Position numbers and translations under genes: made by a program. From Phoronis australis (Eukaryota; Animalia; Phoronida), in assembly GCA_002633005.1 (NCBI GenBank), contig NMRA01000182.1:693198-757197 (forward strand): a stretch of 64,000 nt of DNA. The letters are read 5' to 3'. This document shows, piece after piece, positions 27,701 through 42,700 of this stretch; position 1 is the stretch's first letter; each line of letters starts with the position of its first letter. The notes under the pieces were generated by a model, which was not told the origin of the DNA, did not search any database, and saw only the letters and a list, made by a program, of their open reading frames with translations.

Positions 27701-30700
27701 GACCTTCCCAACGCGTGACCCCTAGCTTCACACCTGCTCGCAAAGACGGACAACGTCGTGTGCATGGTGTCCACGATAACGACTATTTGGTAGACCCCGA
27801 CCCAGATGACAGAACCACATGGCTTAACAGAGTTCACACAAATGAACAAAGCTCATTCATGTTCAAATGAGAATCATCGAGGAGGACTGTGATGACATAT
27901 TCGAAGCTGATAATGGTGCAACCACGAGCACTATTCTGGTGAAATACGTAACCAAGGTACAAATAGAAACTACAGGAAAGGCACTTAGCATGTGGAACAA
28001 AGACACCCACCCACCTCTTGGTTCTTTTAGACTCACATTGCACAACCCTAAGACTCTGTATCGTTCTTGGTGGTACAAGAAGACTTCGCCCCCTTACTGT
28101 CACTCAGTGCATCTCTCCAAATGGCTCTGATCTCGGTGAATAAGGAAAACTTTGAGCGTCGTAGCCAAGTGTCGTTCACTGATGAGTTATCCGATGTATT
28201 TGACGAGAGTCTTGGCACTTTGACTGGAGAGGTCCACCTCAAAGTGGATCCTTAGATTTTCCCCGTGATCAGGCCTGCTCGCAAAGAATCACTATCATGC
28301 AGGCCCAAACTCAAAGCTGAACTAGACGTCTGGCAAAACTTAATGTCATCTCGCCAGTAAACGAACCTACTCCCTGAGTAGCCAAATGGCTGTAGCTGAG
28401 AAGAAAAACGGTCAACTGCGTATATGTCTCGACCCCCGTAAAATCAACCAAGCACTGAAGCGTGAACGTTATACTCTACCTGTGCTTGAAGACCACATGC
28501 ACTTGCTATCACAGGCAACAGTTTTCACTAAAGTTGATCTCTCGTGTGCCTATTGACTTGTACAACTCGACGAACCCTCTCGTAAACTTACCACACTACA
28601 ATCCTGCTTTGGCGATCGATACCAGTGGAATCGTCTACCATTTGGGTTATCGGTATGCGCTGAGATCTTCGTCAAGAAGACGGCAGAAGCCCTCACCGGC
28701 CTCGCAGATGTACTGTGCATTGCAGATGATGCTGTAATCTATGCAGCCGAACATGATGCCAACCTGCTATGCTGCTGGAAGAAGAGCCTTAAACTCAAGA
28801 AGCAGAAGTTTTCTCACACGATCCCCGAAAAATCTTTCATGGGTCATACTTTTTCTGCTCTTGGTATGCGTCCTGATTCTGAAATAGTCAGAGCACTGGC
28901 TGCAATGGCATCCCCTCAAAACGTTAAAGAACACCGACGCTTCATGGGTATGATCAACTACTTTGCCAAGTACCTACCCAACCTAGCAGCTGTAATTGCC
29001 CCCCTCACGAAACCTCCTTAAGAAAGATGTACCCTGGACATGTTCGGACGTGCAAGAATCAGCTACACAGACAATCAGGAAACTGATTACAGAAGCTCCA
29101 GTTCTCTGCTTATACGATATCAACAAAGACTTAACTTTTAAAAACGACGCAAGCGGCTTTGGGGTCGGTTCATGTCTGATTGCTTTCTCCAGCTGTTCGC
29201 TCACTGATGCAGAGACCCGATATGCTCAAATTGAGAAAGTTCTGCTGGCTGTGGTCATTGGATTGGAGAAATTCCACTGCTACACCTATGGTTGCACCCT
29301 ACAGGTCATCAATGATTACAAGCCGCTAGTTGCTATCAAATTTAAGCCACTTTATCGCGCACCAAGACATCTCGAATCACTTCTCGAACTCGCTCAGAAA
29401 TATGACTTCGAGCTTGTACACCGTCCAGGTAAATCTATACCTGTGGCTGATGCTCTATCCCGAGCCCCAATGACTGGCAAAGCAACAGAGGAACTCACAA
29501 GTGGGAATGCTGTTTCGTTGCTACCTATCACAGAGTCATTTTTGGCACAAATACGCCATGATTTTGATCACGACAACGTATTACCTGTGCTCAAATCGAC
29601 TATTTTATAAGGGTGGCCGACTCACCGACATGACACCCCAGAAATCATCCGACCACACTTGGACTACCATGACGAACTAGCTCTACAAGACGGCATAATC
29701 CTCCGAGGTGACACTGTTGTCATTCTCAGATCACTCCGAGCTGACATCAAGTGGAAAGTCCATACTGGCCACTAGGGTATTAACTCTCGTCTTCGTCGTC
29801 TTCGACAACTCGTATACTGGCCCGGCATGTCCAAGGAAATACATGTACGCCAGTATGTTGAATCCTGCAGTGTTTGTGCCACGTATGCAACCACCAGAGA
29901 CACTCAACACGCATGACGTTCCAGAACGTCCTTAGCAGATAGTAGGCACAAATCTTTTTGCCCTATGCAATCGTTCTTACCTTATCACTGTTGACTACTA
30001 CAATCATTTTTGAGATTGATTACTTACCTGACACTCTCTCGGAGAAGGTCGTTAGCAAGATGAAGTATCATTTTGCCAGACACTGCATACCGGATACTCT
30101 TGTCAGCGACGGTGGTCCGCAGTACTTTTCGCACAAATTCAAACGTTTTGCCTCCTATTGGGCATTCAATCACATAGTCACCACCCCTTGTAACAGCAAA
30201 GCAAATGGCGCTGCTGAACTCGATGTTAAAACTGCCAAGCGCTTGCTACGCCGCTGTGAGGCAGCACATGAAGATCCATACCTGGGTTTACTGAATATTT
30301 GCATAACACCGAATGAGGCCTTTTCAAACAGTCCAGTTGAACGCTTATTCGGGAGGAAAACCAAGAGTCTAGTTCCGACCACGTCTAAGATGCTGCACCC
30401 TCCTAACCAAAACTCCAGTGAACCTGAAATTATGAAAGACAAGTCATCTACTGCTGACCGCCTTAATCCACACCGAAGAGAATTACCCTCCATCCAGGTG
30501 ACTGTACGTATGCAACCCATTCAGCCAGGTCATTTGAGATGGCAAGCCGCAACTTTAACCAACCCCTTTTCACCTAGGTTGACTCGACTCATTTAACTTG
30601 ACTAACAAATTTGAACTTTTCATTGACAATTAAGTTAGTCATGCACAACGTTTTGTGTTGATATTGCAGCTGAATAATGAAATAACTAACACGCTTAAGG

Positions 30701-33700
30701 CATCTATAGGTTATGTTGACCAACAACATGTTTTCATCAATCGCCGTTAGGATTTATTCCTCAAGAGCTTACAAACACCAATGTCATATCGAAAACAACA
30801 AAGCGAGCCCCACCATTCTATCGGCTGTCAAATGAGGACACGGTAAAACAATATGTTTTAACATATCTAATTAAAATTAGATAATATCGAGTTACGAGTA
30901 TTCATTGGCCGATACGTACTGCGCAGACTATTGACAACCAATCGCAACATTAGTCACCCTCCCCTGTGAGTAGCGTGAAGTCGTCACATGTAGCTGCTCG
31001 TTTCAGTGTTGTTTTCGATATAATAAAGACAGGCAAGGCGTTGCATTTACTATGGTTGGAACAACTCGGTATTTGAGTAAGCTCTCTTTCTACTTTCTCG
31101 CGGGTACAGAAATGGCATAAGTTTAATCTAGAAACTTGGGTGGTGGTGTTCTTGGCACACCGACGGTGGGTACGTTCACACGTCACATTCATTCCGTGGA
31201 GCTAAGAAATATTATTTTTTCTTCTATTTTCTTGTTTTTGAGAAATTGAATTCGCATATGTGATATATAGTGCTATAAAGGATTGGTTTAGTGATGCTGA
31301 CAATGTAGTCACTTATTAAAACAGATAAATTATATTGTTTTTAATACTTTAAAGTCATAGTTTTATGGCACTGCGCCATCGACGAATAAGACCCCCGTTT
31401 GTAAGAGAAAATTAGGCGTAAAAACCAAACCAAATTACTTGAAAATTCCTGACAAGGTTTCTGAGTGATGCTGGCAAGAATTTATTTAAAAAGGCTTAAT
31501 TGAAATCAATTACGGGGTATTTTTGCTGTCAATGTTAGCTTGCTAAAATGAAAACTTGGTTTTAAAGGGGTTCTAGGGTATAAAAACAACATCTACATGT
31601 AACTATAGTGTATGTTTATAATCCCAGTTTGCCTATCTAAACCCAGAAACTGTTTAGTAATGGTTTCACGAAATCACTGGATATGACTTGGATTTCAGAA
31701 ACTCAGTCAGACTTAATCAAGAAAAACGGCGTGAGCTACTTGCTCAAGATTGGAGAATATACGAGCAAAAGACTAGTTGTTAAAACACGCCCATAGTTGA
31801 AACGCTTACTTTTATGAAATTGGATGAATTGATTTTACATAACTTATCCACACATTCTAGATTACTTACACTTTGGTGAACCCCACACTTAAGCACGAAA
31901 TCGTAGGAGTATTGCAAAAACTTATCAAAATGAGTCAAGGAAATCACTGAGGCCACACACGTCATCATAGCTTTTCCGTTGATTTAATATATGCGTCAGA
32001 ATAGAGGTGTTCGAGGTGCGCAAAGTATGCTTCGACGAACGTTGTTCGATCTTGCAAGTTTCCCTGGACCGTCGGTTCTTACAGTCAGTTTCAAATAAGT
32101 GTGCCTTGATAGCAATGGTAAAAATAAATAATAACATTTCTAAAACTTCATTGAAATGAACACTGCCGCAATTACAATGTCAAAATTTTGCCTGCAATCA
32201 AGGTAGCCGACTTATGACGTGACTGCTTTTACTCTCACTCGCAAGCCCTTTTCCACTAACGTCTACTACACCTCTTCGTATAGACCCAATTCACGCGGCG
32301 GACATTAAAATCCAAAGCGAGGCTCACTGCGATAAACAAAGCGGAAATTTACATTGCGTGAATTAAAGTCATATGATCCGTTTGTAGACGTTTTAAAAAC
32401 ATCGTGAATCTGCATAAAAACCATTGAAACATACTCTCTGACACTTAATTAGAACTTTTCGTAAGTATGGGGTCGATCTGCTGCATGTACATATTTTTTC
32501 TTTTATTTTTTATTTTCTTAAAATATGCGTGATCAAAACAAACGAATGTTGCCCATAATGCTGTGCGGTTTGACGTTTTGGCAACTCGAGACAAATAGTC
32601 AGCTGTTTCCGGTACTGCTTCGAAGAAGAGAAGTTCGCCTTACCAGGTAATTTATTCGTTTCTTGAACATTTTGATGACGATATTGCTCCCTGTATGAGC
32701 TGAACAGTCTAACTATTACTCTTAGAATTAGATGAAACCATTACCTGTGGGAAAATTATGTACTGAATTCGATAGTAATCGTTATGATCGAGTCGAGTGT
32801 GCAGTTGTACCCTAGCCAGCCGGCTAGCGGTATCAAAATACAGCTAGGCACCACTGTGTATTTTTCTTCAATAGAGCCCGAAATTCACCCAGCCAGGGTA
32901 GTATATTTAAATTACAGATTTGTACCAAGGCTCGATGGTCGTGAGTTGAATTTCTACCTGCTGGCAGTTTTCAGACTTTGGACTTGAATTGCAAAACTAT
33001 TCGTGTTTTTTCATTGCCATAAGAAAATCATCGTCTATCACCAGGTACTCTATACTCTACTTGTATATTGTACTAGCAGGGGCACATTGGAGGATTTAAG
33101 GGGGGGCAAGAGGGCCATGGCCCCCCTAAAATTCTCCCAGATACCATTTGGCAGTTCGGGGTGCAAATTGCTGACTAGCACATGCCCCTTGAGCAAACCC
33201 TGTTTACCGTTTATGTTTTTTTAGTAATAAGATCCACAAACCCAAAAATTCGACACCCCCGTATTCCTACATCAGGCTGCGCTCGAGCATGTCGCAAAAT
33301 TCTGGTTATTCCTGTGCCCTGGCCCCCCTAACTTAAACCACTGGATTCGCCCCTGGGGCAGATCCAGGATTTTGAGTTAGGGGAACAGGGCAGAGTATTG
33401 GCCAGGGTTTAGTTCACCAAACATTTGCACCCCCGAACTGCCAAATGGGAACTGTGAGAATTTTAGGGAGGCCATAGCCCCCCTCTAAATCCACCACTGA
33501 CTAGTCAGCTAGCTAGTCCACTTGAACACAACCCACTGGATCAGCGATGAATCCTCGGATTAAATGCAAGCAAACTTGGGAAGTGCCGGTAGGCTGAAGC
33601 TTGTTGCGAGAATAGTGAGATCATAGAAAACCATGGTTGGGAATGGGATGCAACAAATTTGATGCCTGTTATTCAGTGAAGAAATCTGGTTCTCAAATTG

Positions 33701-36700
33701 CAGGACACTGGGAGTGGTCACATCATTACAGAACAATATACTATGTATGGAACCTCCTCAAAGGCAAAAGGGTATAAGCCAAAGGCAGATCAGTAGTAGC
33801 ATTAATAAAGGTCGAGCAGGTTACATCTTGTATTATCAGTGGTAGGGTCTCGATTGGGTAAATAAAGGGCTAGGGACAGGGGAAGGTTAATGGCAGTGCT
33901 TGCTTTTAATTAATATACTCTTTCTTGGACTTTGAGCGTGCAACTAGGCCCTTGCAGACTCACTTTATCAAGAACACAATCCATCAATTTACATGGCAGA
34001 GGGCCTAAAGAGTGCTTCGAAAATCATCTATCCTCCTTGAATGTCAGCTGTTACAGACTTCTAGCATCGGTATTGGCAAGTTAACACAGGAAATAAACTT
34101 AATTAGTCTGGAAACAGGTAGAACACTGAAGTTTCAATTTCAGGTACACTCATACTTTTGCGAAAATGCGTATCCTATGCAATGTATTGATCAATGTTAT
34201 CTATGTACTGCTCAGAATGGCATTTTATGTGATTACCATGTTTTTAAAGGTTCACCGTAATGTGCGTCACCAGTTCACCAACAATAACAATACTCAAGCA
34301 ACAGAGTCAACATGATTGGAGTACTGAGCCATGTGCAGAGGAATAGGCTTAGGTGGCAATTGATGTTCGGTCTCTTCACATGCAGGTATGCTTGGAACTC
34401 TCGTTTCTTAACGCAATAGAACCGATTCTACATAACTTTTGTGTTCAGTCATTCTTATTGTTTTCTTTCATCAGTAATCACACAAGCTTTATAGGTAACA
34501 AAACTGAAGAAAACCTGTAAGAAAATACATTTGCTATGTATCACTAAAATATGCCACATAAACTGCTGAAATTTATACTGTCTTAAAACTTCATTAATTA
34601 AAACTTCATTAATAATGGACCACTGGCTTTTTGAAGAACAACAACCAGTTTGTAGCTATGAAAACATCATTCTCCTTCATGTTGAGGTCATGTTTAAACT
34701 ACAACTCAAAATTAATGTGGTTTGATTTTTTCAGTCTCACATAAGTATATCTGTGGATGAGGGCATTGTATTCAACTTGCTGTGTCCATACTCACTGGGG
34801 TGGTGGGTACCACCAGCTGTGATTGTCATCAGGGTGTATCTGTGGCAGATGCTGAGGAGTGTCCACTACACTGAAAAGATCTATAAGAAGCAGCCTGTCA
34901 CCTGCATTTTGCTTATGCCTGTGAGCATTTCTTATAAAGACAGTTTTGGAAATCCAGTTAAGCACCCTCATTATGCACACATGTGACTCTGTGAAAGAAA
35001 ACACTGCTGACATGACACTTGTAATAACCTTTTACCATTTTCCTTCCAAGGCTCTGGCTACAGAGATTTGGTCTTGCACTCAACATCAATGTTTCAGACA
35101 AATACCCAAAACTCAATTTATGCTCATAATTGTTACTTATTGAGAAAATGTGAACAAATTATTTCAAGGCTATTAGGTATTAATGATACCTGGACTAAAC
35201 CTTTACTTGGCAATTGTGAAGTGAAAACATTATATGCATTTATACTACAGTTGTAAGCGAGTTGAAAATTTTCACATGCAAATTAGTTACATTACAAATG
35301 TTATTTGCTCAACTGGGCATCCTCCAAAGCACTGATACATTAGAATAAAAACTTCACACTAAAGTACGGTTTACACAAACCTAATATAAATAACTCAAAT
35401 GAAACACTGCTTCGTGCATTTCAATGTGCATTTCCATGTTTTAATATGGAACAGCAGTGTACGAAGTGCACTCATCCTTCAAAATATCTCTAATATTTGT
35501 CTGGTAAGCTGCTTGGCTGTATTTATAAGTTTAGGTGTAAAAGTCTAGGTCCAAGCAGTTTTTTTAGTAAAAAAGCTCGCTACAGGGGGTTAGTTTGAAA
35601 ACGCAGATGTAAACGCTTTGATCTAGGTATTTGTGTAAAAAAATCAGTGTGAGGGGTTGCTGGTGCACTGCACGGTGGTAGGGGTAATGCGTTGTCGGAA
35701 TCACGGACACTCCGAAATATTGGGAATCCCATTTTGGACACCCTATTTTCGAAATCCTGGGTGAATCCCTGAATAGAAATTGAACAGGCTTTAAACAAGG
35801 CATGTTTAAATACTGTAAACGAAACAGTGATATCTTTGGTTAGGATTGTGAGTTGTGAGTTGAATAAAATGTGAAATGTCACTCCATGAGATATTAAGGA
35901 AATGAATGAAACAATACCTCAAGGTTTCTTCAGGTGATGACCAGTCTGGGACTCTTGCAAAGAAGTTTGTAGAGGGCGTTGTCTAAACCACTCATTCTGA
36001 AAGTACAGATGATGAAGGAGGGTTTAAATACAATTTGACTCACTTTACCAGGAGCAATCACAAGATTTAAGAATGTACTTTCAGTCAATTTGTCACACCT
36101 TTATGCTTAAAACAACTTTGATTTAATTACCAGAAGGCAAAATTTGTAGCTGAGACAGCATTATTCTAAACTGACAGCGACTTAAGAGACTTATAATTGA
36201 TGAAAATTCCGGCTTACGTTAAAGCCCATAGCCTAATCTCTGTATTCGATACACAACTCGAAAATTTAGCAATTCCATGACATGAGAAAACATAAGATTT
36301 GTACTCCAATCACGTGATTTGACTGGCTAATTTTTTGAGGTTGTGAGTTCAAGTAATGTACCTGGACCATGCAGATTGCAATTAACCATTTTCTCCTAAC
36401 CTGCACAGTCTAAGATGGAAATACAGAGAAAAGTGGCCATCAATAACAGAAGTTTAGCACACCTATTCTTTCTTTTAAAACTTAATGGAATAAGAAAGAT
36501 CAACTTACGGTTACACGGGCCCCTGTAGGTGGTCAGTATTCTCCTAACTGGAAAAAATAAAACAAAACTAATAAGACATTCTCAAGTATAGCCATCTTGA
36601 CCAAGACTTATCCCCCCCCCCACTGTACTCAGTACGACCAACACTGATATGAGCTTTCTAAGGCGTGGCCAGGTGAAGTCCCTAACACATCCTACAAACA

Positions 36701-39700
36701 TCCCCCCCTCTCCCGCCACAATTCTTTACACCACCTGCCACATTGTTCTGCTAGTTGACATCGATCTAAAAGCCCTTTTGTACTTAATTTCGGTCTGAGC
36801 AGAGTGTCGACATGAACTGGAAAGTTAATCGAACCGTTTTTACCGCCTTTGGATGTCTAAGTAAACTGTAGCTGATGATGTTGTCATCGAAGTAATCGCA
36901 ACGTAGTGCAGATGCAACACTTGTACACCATGATTTTTTAATGGGATAATTTGGGAACATTGACATGTGCTAATGGACACAAAAACCTATTTCTAATTCG
37001 ATTAGTGACTACTCGAGCAAAATATGAACAGCTTTTAGCGACGACATTACCCTGTAATTCTCGATGATAGCAGTGGCCCCTGACAATAACGTCTTCGATG
37101 TAACCGAAGTTGATCATTTATACTACCATACACCACAGCATCGACGCTCCGCTTGTCTACTGTGAAGTCAACTGGCACAGATAACTTCGATTCAGGACCG
37201 AAGTTAACCCTCCATACTGACTGCAACTCCCCAAAACATCGCCATGTCGACGTTAGAATGAAAGGGCCTTACCAGTTTTAACTACATGTTAAAACACTAA
37301 CATGGTGTAACTAGTCCGGGTCAGCGTGAATCAGTACTACTACTAGTAGTATTAGAACAAAAACTGAACAGCTGATCGAATTGAGGCTCTTTAAAATGAT
37401 TCGGGTCCGATGTATGCTGACTGAGATCAGTCACCCATCAGTGAATGCTCTAACCGTGTATACAAGTCATTGAACATTTCACAAACAGCACACTTACTGA
37501 CTTATATTTGTCCATCGAAAGCCTGGTATTGTTCATTTGTTGTAATGTAAAACCTTCACGAGTTCGAACATTCAGTCTTGTCCTCATTGATTCTCACCTA
37601 TCGAACGAGTCGCTTACAGGTACGCGGTTTGTTGGTAATGCCGCTTTTTGTACTGGCTAACACGTCTTTTTCTGAATCTCGTAGAGCAGGACGACTGCGT
37701 TTCGCCTTCGGAAGTACACTTCATAGACCTACTTCTCCCCGCCATTTGTATAAATTCTGTTGACCTCTAGATCTGTGGTTGCGCATGCGTTGTTGTAATG
37801 TTTATAATCTGTTTAGTATCACGGATACTAAATTCTTTGTAAACATTTCATTCGTTTGTAGTATTTACAACGATTTTTTTCAAACTTTTTGCACAAGTTG
37901 AGAGTTAATAACTTTTTGAACTCCATGTCACATCAAAAAACCGGCTTAAACGGCGTTAAGAGGTTTTTTTTCTTCTATAACTCGGACCATAGGCCTTTAA
38001 ATGGCCGGTCTTTGGTGTCCAACCTGAATATTAAATCTTAAAAAATGTGTCAATAATTAACCACAGAGACGTAGAAAAATACAGTTAAAGAACAAGTCAC
38101 TGCACCAAAGAGTTGTATGACGAAAGGATATAAGTTTTTTTTTCGGAAAACTAGGTTCGAAACATGAAAAATAAACATGACCAAATTGCGGCGATCGTAG
38201 TGTTACGAATTAGGTATCATGCTGAATGCAGGGTTACGTTTCTTCTGATGAATTCTTGATAAAAATGTTTTCTACACGAACCAGGTCATCTGGTCGTATT
38301 GTTGACGATTTGAAGATATATTCGACAGTGGTGGCTCATAGCATTTTGCTGTCATGTGCAATTAGTCTCATCTGGTTTAATTTGTTGATCAAGAGTAGGC
38401 CTATTAGCTTCAAGCATAGCCTAGGTCCTGATGAGGTACTAGGCACTACCGGGACTAACAATTCATTTGTTATTGATCTGAAATACTACTTGATGTTATT
38501 AAATATATATTTTGATTACGATAAAAAACCACGCTCGCAATTGAACATAAAAATTATATGACCATCAATTCTGCTTTCTTGGTTTTAATAATTACGTCTA
38601 TTTCCTGTGTTATATTTTTCAAATATCAATCTCGATCAAGTTGAATTTTAAAACTAAAACACCTAATTCTTTCGTCCAAAGCATACCTCGTTTTAGAGCT
38701 CAATTTCAGTTAACTGGACAGAACACAGTGGCGAATTTAGAGGGGAGCCAAGGGGGCCCATGCCCCCCCCCCTAAACTTCTCCTAGATTCCTTTTGGCAG
38801 TTCAGGGGCGCGAATGTCTGACATGCAAAATCCTGGCTAATACTCTGCCTTGCCCCCCCCCCCTAACTCAAAGTCCTGGATCCCCTCTGGAACAAGCATA
38901 GTTATCATGTTTTTTTCAGAGGCCTCGTATATCCTCATATATTTAGTGGGAATGTTTATAGCACGGAGGGAAAAGGTGCCTGTGCGGCCTTCTGTGAGGG
39001 GAACTTTCGCCGAGTGACGGGTCAGTGAAAAATCTACTGACCTCCCACCATCAATAGCACCCCACCCTGTTGCAAGCTCTCATAGCTCTGTCTCAAGTAG
39101 CATTTTCAGTGGCTGATCTAGGATACCATGAGAGGGGACCCACATCCTCGGAGAAGCGGGCAAAGCGCGATTGTATGCACCCTGCACGCAGGAGGCCCGG
39201 AAGTTGCGGGAGCCGAGGTTGTATACCTTCTGCTCAGGAAATCTGTCGTTGGACTAAAATAAAAGAACGAAACGTGATTCCCCCCCTTGTCCCCTACTGG
39301 TCCTAGCTCGAACTCAGTATTTCCTCCCGTTTCACTTACGTTTTGCTGGTTTATTTTGCTTGCGGCAGTCAAGGGGGGTCGGGCCCCTGTCAGCCCCTAA
39401 ATCCGCCTATGATTGTGTACTTTTTCAAATTGTCACCTCTGTGGTCACAGGTGATTTGAGCCGTTGGAGAGAATTTTTTTATCACTAAGGGAATTTTTAG
39501 GCCTCGTGGGGCCGGGAATTTTCAATATTTTCAAGGGGGGAATAGGGCCGATATTTGGCCCCAAAATTGAGGGATTAAGGGCCCTGTCCTTTTTGTAAAG
39601 AAAGATGCATGGCGCTTCAACCCATAGTCATGAAAACACAGCCTAGGTGGCCGAAGATTCTCCGGTCCTCGTTTCTATGGCGGCATCCGAGATGCGACAA

Positions 39701-42700
39701 ATTATGATTCGAAAAAAGTTTTTACACGGACATATTTTCCTTCGTCGCGGCGTATGGAAAGGACCCAACGTTTCCGAATTCCAACGTCCTAACCTTGGGG
39801 GTTGTAAAGCAGACAGTTGAGTGTCCGTATTTTTTCTAGCTGTTCGAGGAACCCGGAGTCGTAGCGAGCTTCGTTTTGGAACGCGCTTCCTGTCGGCGTG
39901 AATAGGGTCTATAGGCAGCGCCGGTCAGTAGGAATGGTTACTTTCGACTTTGCGTCGAAGTATAAATCGCAAGTTTTCTCCACAGAGGCGAAACGTCCGC
40001 TCGTCTTTATAGTAATAACAACAAAGCTGCTCCAATTTCAAGAAATAGCATAGTCAGTTCTTGGAAAGCTCATTGAACGCCAAACTATTTTCCGCACTTT
40101 TTAGTTTCAACGATCACTGCCTCTACTACGGCGCAACACTCCTAGTTCCGCTGGCTAATTCGAAGGGACACCCCCAACACCCATTTATAAAATCAAAATG
40201 GTTCGGTGTTACCCTGACCCAATATTCTCCTGTCTTGATGGTTCGATGATCTTTAGGTCCGATATCCCACGTCCTTAGTCAACTATTGCGACTGAATGGG
40301 TAAGCAGGAACAGGTTGTTAACAAAAACCACCTCCAATTTTCCACTACCCTAGTCGTTAGTCAACCACGGCATAGATTTTTGAGGTTCAATTGGAAACAA
40401 GACTGTTCCGACTGAAGTAGGCTTATTGGAAATAAAGTTATTCAGGGTGGCTGTAAGGCCAGTTGGTAAGAATAGTCGCACACACAGTCACGTCTATAAG
40501 CAAAGTTTGCCGTACAGAATCGAATTAAACAAATGCGGAATTAGTATGCGCTCGGTTCCCATTCAAAGTCTGTCTAATTAGATACAACTTACCTTGGAGC
40601 GTTCGTGAATGCAAATGTTTTGAGAAGCCAGCAATGAATAAAACACTGCGTTACCGGCTTTCAATTAGTTTATTGCATTTAAAGCCGGTAACGCAGTGTT
40701 TTATTCATTGCTGGCTTCTCAAAACATTTGCATTCACGAACGCTCCAAGGTAAGTTGTATCTAATTAGACAGACTTTGCTTCAGTTTTGTATCAGCATTG
40801 ATTAAGGTGAGAATAATTCATTTTGAGAGCTCAATAATAAACGTCATCGTGGCAACTCGCATTCCCGATTTAGATGCGTGCTCATCCGACTTCAAGGGTC
40901 GATCGTTATTTTTCACAACTATCAGCTCGAGCCGGAATGCACTCATCAAAAAATACTAGAGAGGCTCCGTGAAGGTGCACAGACAACGGGACACACGAAT
41001 AGCTCCGAAAATCGTTTGAATGACTTGTCGTGGTGTCAGCGAGCTGACTGCACGATAATAGAAACGACCGACGCCACGAGAGTTCTCAACCAGTGAACGC
41101 CTTCTTGCAGAAGAGCAGGTGTGTCTCAGGGACCATCCTGATTTTTGCGCCGCATCTTAACAGAGGTGTGCTTACGTGTTTTTTTAGGCCGCTGAGGAAA
41201 AGAAGAGGCAAAGACATTCTACACCCATAGGACTAAACAGAAGCCTGCCTTGAATTAATTGTACGCTTTCGTGGTCAACTACAATTCTCCATAATCAAAA
41301 ACTAATCAAAAACCGGTCCGTCTCCTGCCTATCCAACGCAAGGACGCTAGGCACGACATCTGAATTCAGCCTCAGTCTCTTTTTGTGCCCGGGCATGAGC
41401 TGTTAGGTAAGCCGGCATTTGGTAGTCAGTGAAATCAGTGTCGGCGAAAACTGACCACTGACAGACGCGAAGAAGTTTAACGGGGTCGTATAATACTTGG
41501 TATTAACGGCGTAGTTTTCCTTCTTCACTATAGCGAGCCACTTCCGAAGCATTATGGGCTGTCGAGGAAATCGAAAAATGATATACCCGCATTCCTCACA
41601 GCTTCACAGTTCGCATATGCAAGAACGATACACCACACCATAGCAGCACTCACTCTGAAGAAGAACCACTGACGCCGCTGCGTCGTTCCTCACCTTCCTT
41701 ATAGGTTAGTGCGACACCTCTCGGCGAGGTAAGATCGATTGTATACGACGTGATGTGGATATAGACCGATTGAGAGAGTAAAAAGACTAATTAAATCGGG
41801 TGGCATTCTCCTTTAAGTTTATAATCCGCTGGCTCTATACGCACGCACTTCGTCGATGTTTTTTTAATGCTGAAGCATCGAGACGCGGACCAAAATCAAT
41901 CCTAAATTCAGGATTAAAACATCTGGATTCTACAAAGGTCTGGGCCACGGTGGAGTGCAGATGAGCTCTGAAAACTTGCTCGCCACTTGCACAATCAACC
42001 AGTGATCTTCTACTCGTCCAGCACCGCTTTTAGTCCCATTGGCGAGTGGGCGAGTTGCTAAGTATATACCTGTCTTTATCACGCTCATTAGGTACAATTT
42101 GTCATTTTTTCACACGCACGCAAAAGTGTTACGACGCGACTGGTTAATAACACCGAGTACCAATTCTTTGGTATTACATCCTAACCGAATCGCAAGGAGG
42201 TGTAAAGTAGAACTTCATTCGCCTTACATTTCCTCGTCGGCAAACACTAATTCTAACAACCAAAAATGTAAGGGTGGCAAAATTATGATTGACAAATTTG
42301 GTGTCGCAACTGCACCTACTCCCAGTGGGGAGGACACATAAACAAGTTCTTAAGCGGATCATCTTCGGCGAATTCCATACCCATATTAGAATTTCACGCT
42401 GTCGCCAATGAACTCGTTACCTGCGTTATTGCGCCAATAACTTTATCATACCACTATCTGTACTTCATGTGCATTTGGTGAATTCGCTGCCAGGCTTTCA
42501 GGATTTGCACGACTTTGTCTCAGTACTCCCTAGCTGAAAATTGCAGTGGATTTCTGACTTGAACATACGTGGGTAAGATTTATTGTACAATATATTCGCT
42601 TTATTTGTGAAATGGCGTAGAGAAGAATTTACACCAAATTCCTTTCTATTACGCAGATTGCCTGGACGAAATCATGAACTGTGAGTTATTGGCTAGATTA

